Shown here: positions 35,830-48,204 of the stretch, in pieces | Layout of the letters: every line of letters begins with the position of its first letter | How positions within the stretch are numbered: the first letter of the stretch is position 1 | Assembly (NCBI GenBank): GCA_002104905.1 | Contig: MCFE01000033.1 | Location: 150,923 to 214,922, forward strand | Reading direction: 5' to 3' | DNA length: 64,000 bases | Source: Basidiobolus meristosporus CBS 931.73 | Lineage: Eukaryota; Fungi; Basidiobolomycota | Program-made: the position numbers and the translations under genes | The notes under the pieces: model-generated | Seen by the model: only the letters and a program-made list of their open reading frames with translations | What the model was told of the DNA's origin: nothing | Database searches by the model: none

Positions 35830-38483
35830 ATGGGTCCTCGCGCAAAAACTCTCCTTGCTTTGGCTGGTTCCTTCTTGGTCACCCGTTCCGCTGTAGCGTT
35901 TGATGTAGGTGCCATTTACGATGTAAAGTAGAGGGAAATGTTCTAAATACGTTGAACGCTTTCTGATAGGCCACTTGCAATAACAATCTTGTAGCATGTA
36001 TGTATCTTTGTTTAACACTAATCAACCTTGTAACGTTCACTAAATTCTCATCCTGTAGACTGGTAAAGCACCGTTATAACCAAGTGAATCTACTGGCGTT
36101 ACTAAATGGATTACTTTTCATGTCAATCTTTCACAAATCCAGGGGTCAGAACAGTTACGGTGGTGGTGGCGGCGACTCTAGTGGTTGGCAGAAGAATTTG
36201 GCTTATTATTGCCAAGATGACACCGTTGATGTGATCCCAGTTTGTAAGTTCTACAAGTGGCGTACAAAAATCCCAATAGGAACTAATGACCTCTACGCAC
36301 GCAGCTTTTCTGAACACCTTCTTTGGCAAGGGCGGATTTCCTGAGCTGAACCTGGCTAATGTACTTCATCAGTCCTCAGCCATTGCTCCACTTTTCTCTA
36401 ACAGTTTCCTCTTTAGACTTGCAACGTCAAAGACAATGCCACCTTCCCGGGAACCAACATGGTCAATTGCCCTAGCATTGGTGATGATATCAAGTACTGT
36501 CAATCCCGTGGTAAATCGATCATTCTTTCTCTGGGAGGAGCAGGTGGATCGTACGGATTCCAGAATGACGCACAAGCCCAAGGTTTTGCCACCCAAGTTT
36601 GGTAAGTTTCTGATTGGTCAGATTAAATTCCGTACTGAGAATAACAATGCTGGCAATTAGGAACCTATTCCTTGGTGGAAAGTCCGATACTAGACCATTT
36701 GGTGACGCCGTCTTTGATGGAGTTGATCTCGATATCGAAGGCGGAGGTCCTACTGGGTATGTGGCATTTGTCAACCAGCTTCGCTCATACTACCAGCAAG
36801 ATAAAAGCAAGAAATACTTGATTGCTGCTGCTCCCCAATGTGTTTACCCTGGTACGTACTGGTGACTTCTTATCCAAATGAAAACGAGTGTTTTCTGATT
36901 GTTGCATCTACCGAAATCTTAGATGGCCAGCTAAGCAGCACCTTGAACAATGCGTGGTTCGATTTAGTTTTTGTCCAGTTTTACAACAATCCATGTAAGT
37001 GGATCTCCTATATCGAACGTACAGCTCCAGACTGATACGTTGTTCGACCTATAGGTGGTTTGCAGTATTACAACAACTTCCAAGCTTGGAACTACGGCAT
37101 TTGGGACTATTGGGCAACTCACATCTCTCCAAACCCCAACGTTAAAGTTTACATCGGTGCCCCGGCTGCACCTAAAGCTGCTGGATCAGGGTGAGATATT
37201 CTTCCTGATTAGGACTAGTTGCTTACGTTGCTAATTTTGCATCCGCAGCTATATTACTATTGATCAGTTACAGACTGTCGCTCAACAAACCAGAGCCAAT
37301 TTCACCAGTTTTGGCGGTGTAATGTTCTGGGATGCTTCACAAGCGTGGGGAAATAGTGTTGGCAGCCAGAACTATGGACAAGCAACCAAAGCGGTAACTT
37401 AGCAGTAACCACTTAGCTACAAGGCTACTTTTCTCATCAAATTTTTTTCTATGGAAAATCATGTAGTTCCTGAAGAATGGGGGTGGCTGCAACGTCAAAC
37501 CAAATCTTCCTTCCTGCAAATCCGCCAGTACTTGGGCTCAATCCGTTTCTTATCCTGGAGGCTCTGTCGTTTCGTACGACGGGTATATTTGGAAGGCGCT
37601 TTGGTATACCCAAGGTCAGGCCCCTGGTGTGACCGCTGGTTATTGGAATGCTATTAGTGGATGTACTGGAAATGGTTCTGGTACCACTATAACTGCGACA
37701 TCCACTACTTCGTCTGCTACCACTGTTCCACCCACCTCAACCGTTGTAACTACCTCCGTATCTAGCACCAAGCCCACCTCAAGCGTTCCTTCGACAACAA
37801 GTGCGACTTCCTCAACACCCACTACTACACCAGGGGGTTCATGCAGTGGAGTAGCCGCTTGGAGTTCAAGTACCGCTTATAACGGTGCTCAAAAGGTCAC
37901 CTATAATGGCCATCTCTGGCAAGCGAAATGGTGGACTCAGAACGATACTCCGGGATCCAATTCCCAGAATGTCTGGACAGACCTAGGCACTTGCACCACT
38001 CTCCGTAGAAGGGCTCGCCGTGGTATCCCTGACGCTTCCGTGCCAGCAACTCAACCTAGCGACTTTTTAATTCATAGAACCATTGGCGACTTTTTGGTGA
38101 CCTTCAGCAATCTCAAGTTAGAATCTAACCAATTCCAGATGGGTGTAAGTAAACCAGTGAAACATCATCTATCTGATTACAGGGCTAATTTCGGTTGTCA
38201 AACACTATTGTAGATCAAAGTCTCCTCCCAAAAGCCCGGAAGTGTTATCTCTGACCAATGGAAGCTTTCCTTCCCATTCAACTCCACCCTAGTTCAGGTC
38301 AATGGCGCTGTTCAAGGCCAAGAGAAGGGAGCAGTGGTGCTTACCGCCCCTAGTATCCAGGATGACTTTAAGGCCAACCAATTCATGTCAGTATTTGTCG
38401 ATATCACTGGTAGGGACAATGCCCGCTCGGCTTTGGACAAGTTCCCCTTCCCTGATATCAACAAGGTGACCTTTGCACCCTGA
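35830..38483 (+). CDS. Secreted GH18 (class III, Cts1-type) chitinase: signal peptide, catalytic domain, two CBM5/12-type modules around a Ser/Thr linker, and a C-terminal domain after RRRARR; many introns
   Basis: YWGQNS (spliced), LSLGGA, catalytic [23 protein letters not shown]; [14 protein letters not shown] and [15 protein letters not shown] modules. Confidence 0.93.
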
Positions 38484-38846
38484 ATTGAATTACGCTTAAA
38501 TCAAGCGATCGCACCTTAGATTGTGTGAAATAAATTGTGGGTTTTTAAACTCTAACCAAGCAACCATACTTTCAAAATAATGGCATTGAGTAGCCCCAAA
38601 GGTATCCTGGGGCCTGTGAGCCGCACAATCTTACATAAAGTTTAGTGATAGGATTTTATTTTGTAGCCAAAGCAACCTTACAAGCACCTTTCGATTTAAT
38701 GGCATTGAGTAGCCATGGTGGCATGAAGTTCAGTGATGTTTATTTTAGATCAATCGAATATTAGTAATGAATTTCAAGAAGCTTTATAAAACAAAAATTC
38801 TTTGTGTGGGAGGGAATTTTACAGAGAAGTATCAGCAGGATGGTAT

Positions 38847-39972
38847 TTATGGACCGTTGGTTATCCCCAAGCTTTTGTACTCAATATCAGATTTGTCGTT
38901 CGAATCAACTCTTCTTCTGGTACGACCTTGGTGAAGTTTCAAGAAGATGAGATATACAGCGATTGCTAACCAATACAGCACGTATCCAAGAATGGTGCCT
39001 ATCGATGCAACATTATTCCAACCAAGAATAGCATTGAAAATTTGCCAGCCGCCAGCGTTAGGGTTCTCAGGATTACAGCAGTCAAGATACCTACATGGAG
39101 ATATCGATTAGAACACCGCACAGTGGAGCTCAATCTATGTATTCCTTACCAAACATTTGTGCGGACATCGAAGGTAATCCCACCTTCCTCGTCAGCCTCG
39201 GCATTGGCAGCGTCGGTTCTAAGTGCCCATACATGAGCTTCAAGGAACCCGATGGCTCTGGCAAAGAGTCCAGCTGCCACCAAGAACAAGATGCAGGTAG
39301 AAGCCACGAAAAACCATTGGAATTTTACAATGTTCCCACCCCTAAGATCCAGTCAGTACAGGAAAATCAGCCATCCTATTTGGCGAAAACAACATACCTG
39401 TACAGCAACCAGCCAACGAAACAACCCGCAAGAATACCACAGATGGCAGCGATAGGAATCGAGCTGGCAGGCTCACTGATAGATATACCACCGATGAACA
39501 CGAGCCCTTCAAGACCCTCTCTCATTACCGTGATAAACGGTAATAGAAACAGGGCGTATTTCTTTGATTTGGCACGAATCCCTTTGGCTTCTTTGTCGTT
39601 CATGGAGTTGGCAAGTTTGACCTTCCATTTCTCCTGCATACGTTTTGTTTTCAGCATGGCAAGTCCCATTACGCTAATCATGATCACAGCAATCAATGAG
39701 AAGCATCCTTCCCACAGCTTTTCGCTCTTGGCCCACAAGTTGGAGGCAACAGTGTACCATACTGCGATAAAAGCTCCACCAATGCATAAACTAACCAGAA
39801 GACCAAGTAGTGTACCAAACCAAACTTGCTTTCTCAGGCGCCGGTGCAATGCAGTATCATTATGGTATACTTGGGACAGGAAAGAAAGCAGCACCGAAAC
39901 AATGATGGCAGCTTCAATTGTCTCTCGGAAGAGAATGAAAAAGATCGGAATACTGAATAAATCCTTGGCCAT
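38847..39972 (-). CDS. FTR1: High-affinity iron permease Ftr1 (2 introns)
   Basis: Two REXXE motifs (FRETIE, MREGLE); NAILGWNN C-terminal motif; hydrophobic segments. Confidence 0.96.
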
Positions 39973-40212
39973 CTGATATAGAATAAGGAATCACCTCAGC
40001 TAGGCTACGGTTTGGTGACAAGGAGAAGAATAGAGAAGGATTCTAATGCGGAGGGTAACGATGCAACTTCATTTTATGTGCAAAATTTTAGAAAGGCAAT
40101 CAGCGACCGTCTTTGATCCTAACCAACCGTTGTGCTATTTCACTCCTTATGAATTACTACGTCCACTTAATCATTAATAAATGTGGAATTAGAGAGGATT
40201 CGGCGCCAGGGA

Positions 40213-40863
40213 ATCAGATAGCACATAACCGTAAGGAGCCAGCCCGTTTCAATGTGACGTTTTAATCGGCATTATTGTTGTTCATTGTTCTTGTGATAAG
40301 CACGACCGGAGAGTAGTAACACAAAGACATGGAAAAATTACTTAATACTGGATGACTTGGCTGTTGTCACCTGTTGAATTATACCACTTGGAGCCTAGGC
40401 AGTTCCCAAACAAGGTTTTGTGAAAAATTGGGGCCAACTATTGCCCGTTGCAATGAAAACAAAAGGTTATATCCGGAAAAAATGGTACACAAAGAGCACT
40501 ATTTGTGACTCAGACAGATGTATAGGGAGAGTACCCAGTTATGTTGTTGAACGTATGAAAGTTTTCGATACAAAAGTTGGTTACATTTTTAAACAGTATG
40601 GTCGCTTTATCAGATAATCTTGGTCTGATCGAACATCCTTACCAATCATTGCTCAGGCCAGGGTTGAGGATACACACGAGCGCATTTTGCTAGTCAGTCA
40701 AACAGATCACTCATTCTTCACTCATTCCTCACTCATTCCTCAATTACCCCATCTTGTTGGAATTTCCCCAAATGGGTCTGAATCTGAGTCATGCAATCCA
40801 ACTTACCCCCTTAATTTCACTACAGTGGTCTGCGATATATTTATTTCTACTATGATCTGATAA
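40213..40863. promoter_or_regulatory. Iron-responsive GATA repressor (SreA/Fep1/Urbs1-type) sites in the FTR1-FET3 bidirectional promoter
   Basis: TTATCAGATAA at 40607-40617 (ATCWGATAA on both strands), ATCTGATAA at 40855-40863, ATCAGATAG at 40213-40221. Confidence 0.75.
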
Positions 40864-40964
40864 GTTCAGGTTTGCAGCGACCCATGGCTGGTTGCTTTTA
40901 AACGCAACTGATGTTCCCCATTTTTTCACTCTTCATCATTCCTATTGTGCACAAGGAGTCAATC

Positions 40965-42909
40965 ATGATAGCCAAGTCTCTCAATAGGATACTTCTTGCT
41001 TGCATCGCTCTAGGTTCATTGGCTCGAGGCGCCGACAAGGTCTACAACTGGGAGCTTACCTATGTGAACAACGTTGATCTAACCGGTGGTCATCCACGAA
41101 GAGCCATTGGCGTGAACGGACAATTCCCGTACTTGAGTTTTCTTGAGCCTTATCGCATCAAGCTTATCTGATTTTTTTCTTTATTTAAGAGCTCCCCCTT
41201 TGGAGGCGACTGTGGGTGATAATTTGATCATCAATGTGGTAAGTGGTTGTTTTATGATATTCTCCCGATCGTCCTCATTCTCACCTCTGCCATTTACTAG
41301 CGCAACTCACTAGATGTTGGCAGCACTCTGCATGCTCACGGAATTCTACAGAATGGAACAAACTACTATGACGGGGCAGCCATGGTTCACCAATGGTAGG
41401 CAATCTTGGCAAAACATTTTTAGTTGAGACCACTGAATAACACTCGGCTTCACCAGCCCCATCCCACCCGGTGGAAATTATACATACAACATTCCAATCG
41501 CGCAACATGGGACCTACTGGATTCACAGTCATTTCCGCGGCCAATACGTAGACGGCCTCCGTGCACCAATTGTGCTGCATGCACAAAAGGAACAGTATAC
41601 CTACGATGCCGAGTATATCGTAACCCTGGCTGACTGGTATTATGAAGAGCACCACGTACTCTTGGCCAAGTATCTAAGTATTTTCAACCCATCTGGAGGG
41701 GAGCCAGTCCCAGATGCTGGCGGGATAAATGGATCGCAGAACGCTACGTTCAGCTTCGTCCCAGGGAAAGTCTACCGTTTACGGATAGTCAACATGTCTG
41801 CCTTCTCTATGTTTGATTTCCATATTGACGGTCACGACCTGGAAATTATTGAGGTAGACGGGGTTGATGTAAACACCAAAATTGTCCAAAGTCTACCGAT
41901 CACTGCGGCTCAGCGCTATTCGGTGTTGGTGCGCGCGAAAAATTCCACCAGCAACAACTTCGTTATGCATGCCGATATTGATGTTGGCATGTTCCCTGCC
42001 GTAAACCCAAACCTAAACCCAAACATTAACGCAACTATCATCTACGACAACAACGCCCCACTGTACGTCCCTCAGAGCACTGCTGCAGAAGCATCGTTTG
42101 ATGACACTAGCTTGGTGCCAGTCACTGCCGCATCCTCCGCACCCCCGGACAACCGCATAGAAATCAATGTCTTTTTTAATGTCTTGGATAATGGGGTCAA
42201 CCGTGGCATGTTCAACAATGTGACATACCTCCCTTCACAGGTACCGCCTCTGTTTACAGCAGCTAGTATGGGTCAATTGGCCAGTGATGTGAGGGTCTAC
42301 GGCAAGCATAGTAATGCCTTTGTCATTGAGCATAATCAAATGATCGAGTTGGTAATCAACAACTGGGATGCCGACGCCCATCCCTTCCATCTACATGGGC
42401 ATCAGTTCCAGGTGATGGGACGTAGTGCGGAGAATGCTGGCGGATACGACCACATCAACAATCCCGTAAAAGAACAGGCCAACCCAGTTCGCAGAGATAC
42501 CGTTCAGGTTCCTGCACAGGGTTATGTAGTAATCAGGTTCCGAGCGGATAACCCAGGTATCTGGCTCTTCCACTGCCACATTGAATGGCATCTGGAGTCT
42601 GGCTTGGCCGCCACCATTGTAGAGGCACCTCAGCAGATACAGGCTAGTATGAAGATACCACAGCAATCGATTGATCATTGTGTTGCTCAAGGAATCAAGA
42701 CCACCGGGAATGCGGTAGGAAAGGAAGGGCTGGACCTGGGTGGTTATTACGATGGACCCAGTCCATTGCCTGGGAAATTTACAGCCAAAGGAATCTGGGC
42801 GCTTGTGGGATGCATCCTATCTGCCATCCTTGGCATTGCAACTTTGATATGGTTTGCTCGGGATGACGATTCTCTGGCGGTCAATAAAACCGATCCTGCT
42901 GAGAAATAG
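40965..42909 (+). CDS. FET3: Multicopper ferroxidase Fet3, multi-exon, divergent from FTR1
   Basis: Cu motifs LHAHG, YWIHSH, HPFHLHGH, HCHIEWHLESGL (axial Leu); signal peptide; C-terminal TM anchor. Confidence 0.95.
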
Positions 42910-43140
42910 TTAGACTTGCCGTTCTTTTGTCTATAGCGTTTACCAATTCCTGTCCTATTTTTGTTTAATAAAAGGATTTATTAATAATGATAACAACATA
43001 TGATGAGTATTTTTTTTTCCTAAAAATTTGATGGACCTTCCATACCGGCTCAGAGATAACCAGGGATTAACCAAGCAATTCCATTGATATCCCAAGTTTT
43101 CCCTTCCTTTTCCTAACCCACCCAGAGGTAGAACTTTAAA

Positions 43141-44581
43141 ATGGACAGTCATCCAGGTACCGGATTCTTTTCAATACACGAGTTCTTCTGTTTCCAAGAA
43201 AATAATCTGAGGTCGCTTTTCTTTTTCCTCTGTTTCATCTAGCTGGTGTAGATATCAAGAACAATAGAAACTCCGATTTTGTTTCCCCCACACCCAACAA
43301 TACGCCTAGCTTCACTTCACCCATCAGTTCTTCGAAGCCCCCTGGTTTGTCTAGCTTGAGCGAGGAGATTTCCTCCAATTTCGAGGATTTGGAGGGAAGG
43401 ATTGGTGCTTTGATGGGTGATTCTGCCAATATCAGAGCCTTGCCAATGGAGGTTAAAGAGCGTGTATTTGCTTTAAAGAATTTGCAAGTAAGATGATGCG
43501 TTCTTTGCTCTCGAGTATTCTCTATTTATCGTTTATCTGGCCTACAGACCAAGTACCTTGCTCTCGAGGCCAAATTCCACATGGAAATTCTGGAATTGGA
43601 GAAGAAATACAACAAGCTGAGCGAACCACTCTTCCAACAGCGTAGTCAGATCATCCAAGGTGAGGTTCAACCTGCTACTGAGGAAATCGAAGCCGGGAAG
43701 AAGGTGGACGAAGAGCTAACAGAAGAACTGCTGGCCGAAAACGAAGAGGAGGTTTCCGAGGAAAGTGCACGTGGAATTCCCGAGTTTTGGTTGACAGCCT
43801 TGAGCAATCACTTTCATATCAGTGAGTTGATTACCGAGAATGACCAAGAGCCACTGAAGCAATTGAAGGATATCCGTTTGTCCTACTTGGACAGCAATCC
43901 GGTAAGTCTTAATAGTACGGGTGTTGAGTCGTGAGCCACTATTTACCCCCTGCTCCCAAGGGCTTTAAACTTGACTTCGAGTTCTCGGAAAATGAGTACT
44001 TCGAAAACTCCGTTTTAAGCAAGACTTATTACTACAAGCAATCCTCGGAGAACGGAGAGCTGGTGTTTGACCACTCTGAAGGGTTAGTTCCACATGGCTT
44101 ATATTTGATGATGGTACAGGTGGATGTTAACTCGGTTTTCAGAACAAAGATCCAGTGGAAAGAGGGCAAGGATCTCAGTGTGACTGTTGAAACCAAGAAG
44201 CAACGTCATAAGAGCTCCAACAAAACCCGTGTTGTTAAGCGCACCGTCCCGGCTGAGACTTTCTTCCGTTTCTTCGAAACCGTGGAGCTTCCTGACGATA
44301 TCTCCGAGACTGAGGAAGATGAGTTCAATGAGAGACTGGACGCTGATTATGAACTCGGTGAGGAGTTCAAGGAGAAGATTATTCCCAATGCTATCGACTG
44401 GTTCACTGGCAAAGCCTTGGAATATGAAAACATGAGCGATGACGAATACCCTCAGGACTTCTCTGAAGGTGAGTTCGACATGGACGAAGATGAGGTCGAT
44501 GACGACGACGATGATGATGATGATGATGAAGTCACGAATCCTACTGCCAACGCCCAAGCGCCTGAGTGCAAACAACAGTAA
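43141..44581 (+). CDS. NAP1: Nucleosome assembly protein Nap1, multi-exon
   Basis: LEKKYNKLSEPLFQQR, GIPEFWLTAL, FENSVLSKTYY, ETFFRFF, DYELGEEFKEKIIPNAIDWFTG, acidic tail ending ECKQQ. Confidence 0.96.
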
Positions 44582-44855
44582 ACCTTAGTTGAGATCCTCG
44601 TCTTAGACCACTTTTATATTTAATCTTCGTCCACATCCCATATGTTAGTAATCTCGATATCAACTCATTAGAACTAAGTGACGTTTTATATGGAAAATTT
44701 TGCGTTTTGGTGTATTGCACGTATTTCTGTAAGAAATAAATCCACTATATAATGTTACTTCAAACAAGTAGACTCTTTATTCGAATTTTGGTTGTGAGAT
44801 GTCTTTGCGTGATGTGAATTATGGATATGATAGAGAGTGTTGATCGAATGAATTT

Positions 44856-45382
44856 CTAAGAACGAACGGGCCAAGGCTTCCAGTTGAACTTGAGGCCACC
44901 TCGAATCTCCTGTACTTTGCCGGTCTCAGGGCGTCCTGAGGGAAAATCGTGATTAGAAGGAGGTCTAATAAAAAGCAGTGTAATGTATAAACCAACCTTT
45001 CCAGTATTTGACTCCCCAAGCTTTTCCATGTTGTAAATCCTATATGCGGAGAAGAGTATTGCTTAGCAAATGAAGTTTACAAAGGACCGCCGCAGCGAAA
45101 CGATACTCTACGGTTCTCAGGTTGACTTTTGTGACGAGGTAGTAGCTGTCTTTGTAACCTTTATCCAGCCATTTGGTGATGGTCTGCAACAGAAGTAAGA
45201 GAAGAGGTTTAGTCAGAAGATCGGGCGGTCTAGTTGAAAAATACCAGCCATACCACTTTAGTTCCAACACCATTGTCTTTCAATAGGTTCAAATGCTGGA
45301 ACAGGGACTTGTTGCTGTTTGCAGCACGAACGATAGGGGGATATCCATGGGTTCTGAAGATCTTGTTCACTACAGACGACAT
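44856..45382 (-). CDS. MRPS34: Mitochondrial ribosomal protein mS34-like (4 exons; not visible as one ORF in the track)
   Basis: Splicing gives KSLFQHLNLLKDNGVGTKV-TITKW...DSYYLVTKVNLRT-DLQHGKAWGVKYWKG-RPETGKVQEIRGGLKFNW; HGKAWG..WKG is the mS34 signature as I recall it. Confidence 0.8.
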
Positions 45383-45627
45383 GCTGGCTATGTTACTGAC
45401 ACCAAAGTTTGAACAACGAGAGTGAATGCTTTCTGCACAATAAAATCCTGTTCACCAAAATCAGGAAAAAATTCAAATTCTTCATTCTCGAGAACCCCAA
45501 ATTCAAAATATCAAGATCAATTAACTTTGGCGTAAATGCTCGGTGTTAGGATAAAATCAAACGATTAAATCCGCTTTGTGACTACAAATCAGTTTCTAGT
45601 TACATTCATCTGAATGCACATATACGT

Positions 45628-46810
45628 TTATTCTTTCGCAGTGTCTATGTGCTCATCAAGCACAACTGAGAACCATTCATTTGTTAGTAAATTCTTATAT
45701 CCACACTTGTGCATCATTTCTACGGTGGCTTCATTCCAAATTTCCGTATCAGCGTGCACATATACCGTTTCACCGGCTTTGTATGGTAGGTGCCTTTGAT
45801 GAAGCGCAACATGCTTCAAGGCTAATTCGTACATGACTTTACGGCCTAGAGAACGTTGACGATACTCCCCTAGTGTATGTAGGCAGGCCACGGCCATATC
45901 TCCATGTGTCATGCCCCATGAAACTGGCTGTCCAGTACGGCTACTACGTAGACAGTGCGAGATTTTAGCGCAATCATCCATATACGCTCGTGGAAATTTG
46001 AGCTTGTTGTATTCGAGCGTCTGACCAATCATTAGTAGGGATATTGTAGGCACAATCATTTATCTTACCTGTTCAAGGTCTTTATCGGAGAGACTATCAT
46101 CAATTAATTCTTGATTGTGCTTCATCTTCTCTGCGACGTTCACTCCTTCCAAGGGCAAACTCGAGGAAGCGAGAGACAACTTGAAGGATGGAATTCGATA
46201 TCCCACTTTTCCTCGAGAGGTGAAGCATGTGCTCCATAGCTGATTTACGCTAGAAAGATTTACTGGTAACTTGTGAATTCTGGTCTTTTTTTGGACGGGT
46301 TGGGGCTTCCCTCTTACCTGTCAAACGGAAGTTGAAGCAGTTATCAAGGATATCTGTCAACACTCTAACACTCTCATCGTATAGCGTTTGCATTTCCTCT
46401 CTCTCAAATACTGCATATCCATTTTCTTGAACATTGTGCTTTTCGAAGGACAGCACACTCTCAGTGGACACATACACTTTTAGGCTTGAACCGAAGTAGT
46501 GCAGAAAGACTCCGACCTGCCCCACATCACTTAGCTCCCCGGTTATGAGTGATTGAACGTTGGTAAAAAGTAGTGGAGTACCACTTGGACAATCTGAAGG
46601 TATCCTTCCGTCTTCCTCTGTGCTGTTGGGAAACTGGGAGGGCGTGGCAAAGGGTCGTACTAAAACACCTAGTAACGAGGAACTAGTAGGTAAATTGGAG
46701 ATAAGCCATCTAAATACTGAGGTTTCGGTTTCTTTATCGGTGAATGGATATTCAATTTGTTCAAGATATTTCGCAGCTGGCGTGATAGGAATTGAGTTTT
46801 GGATAGTCAT
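45628..46810 (-). CDS. GNAT-family (FR47/glycine N-acyltransferase-like) acetyltransferase, about 3 exons
   Basis: C-terminal PVSWGMTHGDMAVACLHTLGEYRQRSLGRKV (acetyl-CoA motif A) and NEATVEMMHKCGY; two GT-AG introns join the ORFs in frame. Confidence 0.72.
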
Positions 46811-46997
46811 ACTTGCAAGACGGGTGAAGATCCGCCGCCAGATTGATATTTAACTGAGATGGACGTGACTGGGAATTGCTTACTCAGAAAGCCTAGGAAT
46901 CGCTCACCATGACTCACATGGTAGCATCCCGCGATTTATTTAGTGCAACCAACTCTACAAATGTTGATTTGCTTATTAGGTAGTGTAGCTAATGTTC

Positions 46998-47098
46998 TAA
47001 GATGTTGATTTGCTATTTCTTGAATCTATTACAAAATGTTGATTTGCGCTTTCCTGAATCTGTTACAAAATGTTGATTTGCTCTTTCTTGAATCCAAC
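46998..47098. repeat. About 34-bp tandem repeat x3 that duplicates the last codons and stop of the b5-reductase-like gene
   Basis: Minus-strand unit gattcaagaaagagcaaatcaacattttgtaaca with two diverged copies downstream; a further partial atgttgatttgc near 46961. Confidence 0.88.
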
Positions 47099-48204
47099 AT
47101 CATTCAATATACCAGTTGTAGAGCCAAAGAATCTCTTCTTCCCCGCAAGAGATGACTCAAATCCGGGTGGCCCGCAAATCAAAACCCGGGTTGTATCTAC
47201 ACCCGCTTCGTGAAGATCTACTGTTTTCTGAATCATGCTCTGGTCAATCCTACCAACAAAGCCTTGCCACGAGGCGGGTGCATCAGTAACAGTGTAATGA
47301 ACCTTCAGTTGCTCCGGGTAAGTTTTGGCCAACGTATCCAGTTCGGAACGTAGAAGAATATCACTGGGAGAGCGATTGGCATAGAGCAGGGTGATACGGG
47401 AGTTTTTTGATTCGGGCTTCAGCAGATGCAGCAGCATCTGGTACTAGAACAAATGTCAATGTCAAGAGCAGCATGAGAGAAGTAGGTTTCATGCTTACCA
47501 CTGGGTTTATCCCTGTGCCGGCCGCCATGATGACAAGGTTGGGATGCTTATCCGCATTGTGACGGTAGGCTGTCATAGGACCGTATACAGTGATTTGGTC
47601 GCCAGGAGCTAGTGAGCAGAGATGGCCGGACATTTTGCCACCTGCAATTGAGGCCACTGGTTAGTCAATGGCAAGTCTAAATCGCTTAATAGATCACCCC
47701 GATCCTACCAGGATAGTGTTTGATCTGCAACTCCATCTCTCCAAGTCTGTGCGGCTCTGAAATGGGGGAATATGGTCTGATCGTCCATCCATTCCTGACC
47801 AACACGTGGGAGGTGGCATAGTTCTTCAGTGTCTGAGTTGGCTCGGGTAAGGAAAACACAAGTCGTTTGCAATCAGGAGACACCTCTTGGCTAGATTTAA
47901 GCTACAGGGTTGCGATTTCATAAGCTGCCTAATCAGGTTACTTGATGACCATCCATACTACATACCGTAGCAGTGAATCCGAATTTTGGTAAGGGGGTAC
48001 TATCCGCATTTAGTCTGGTTTGTCTTGCACTAATCGCGGCCTTGCTTGAGCTTGAGAAGAATTTCGCTGCAGAGAGTTAGTAAAGGAAGCTGAAGGTTTT
48101 GTTCCTGATGTCTTACTACCTGAGAGATGGTAAGTTACCGCAACTCCTCCAACAATCCCAATCCCCGCTAATACTGAGCGTGATGAAAGCATAGAGTAGT
48201 TCAT
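47063..48204 (-). CDS. NADH-cytochrome b5 reductase family oxidoreductase (Mcr1/Cyc2-like), multi-exon
   Basis: RPYSPIS, IKHYPGGKMS, AAGTGINP, LLYANRS, VLICGPPGF; N-terminal hydrophobic anchor. Confidence 0.9.

Noticed and set aside
46960-47100. CRISPR-like array
   Set aside because: Contiguous repeats without unique spacers, derived from a gene 3' end, in a eukaryote.
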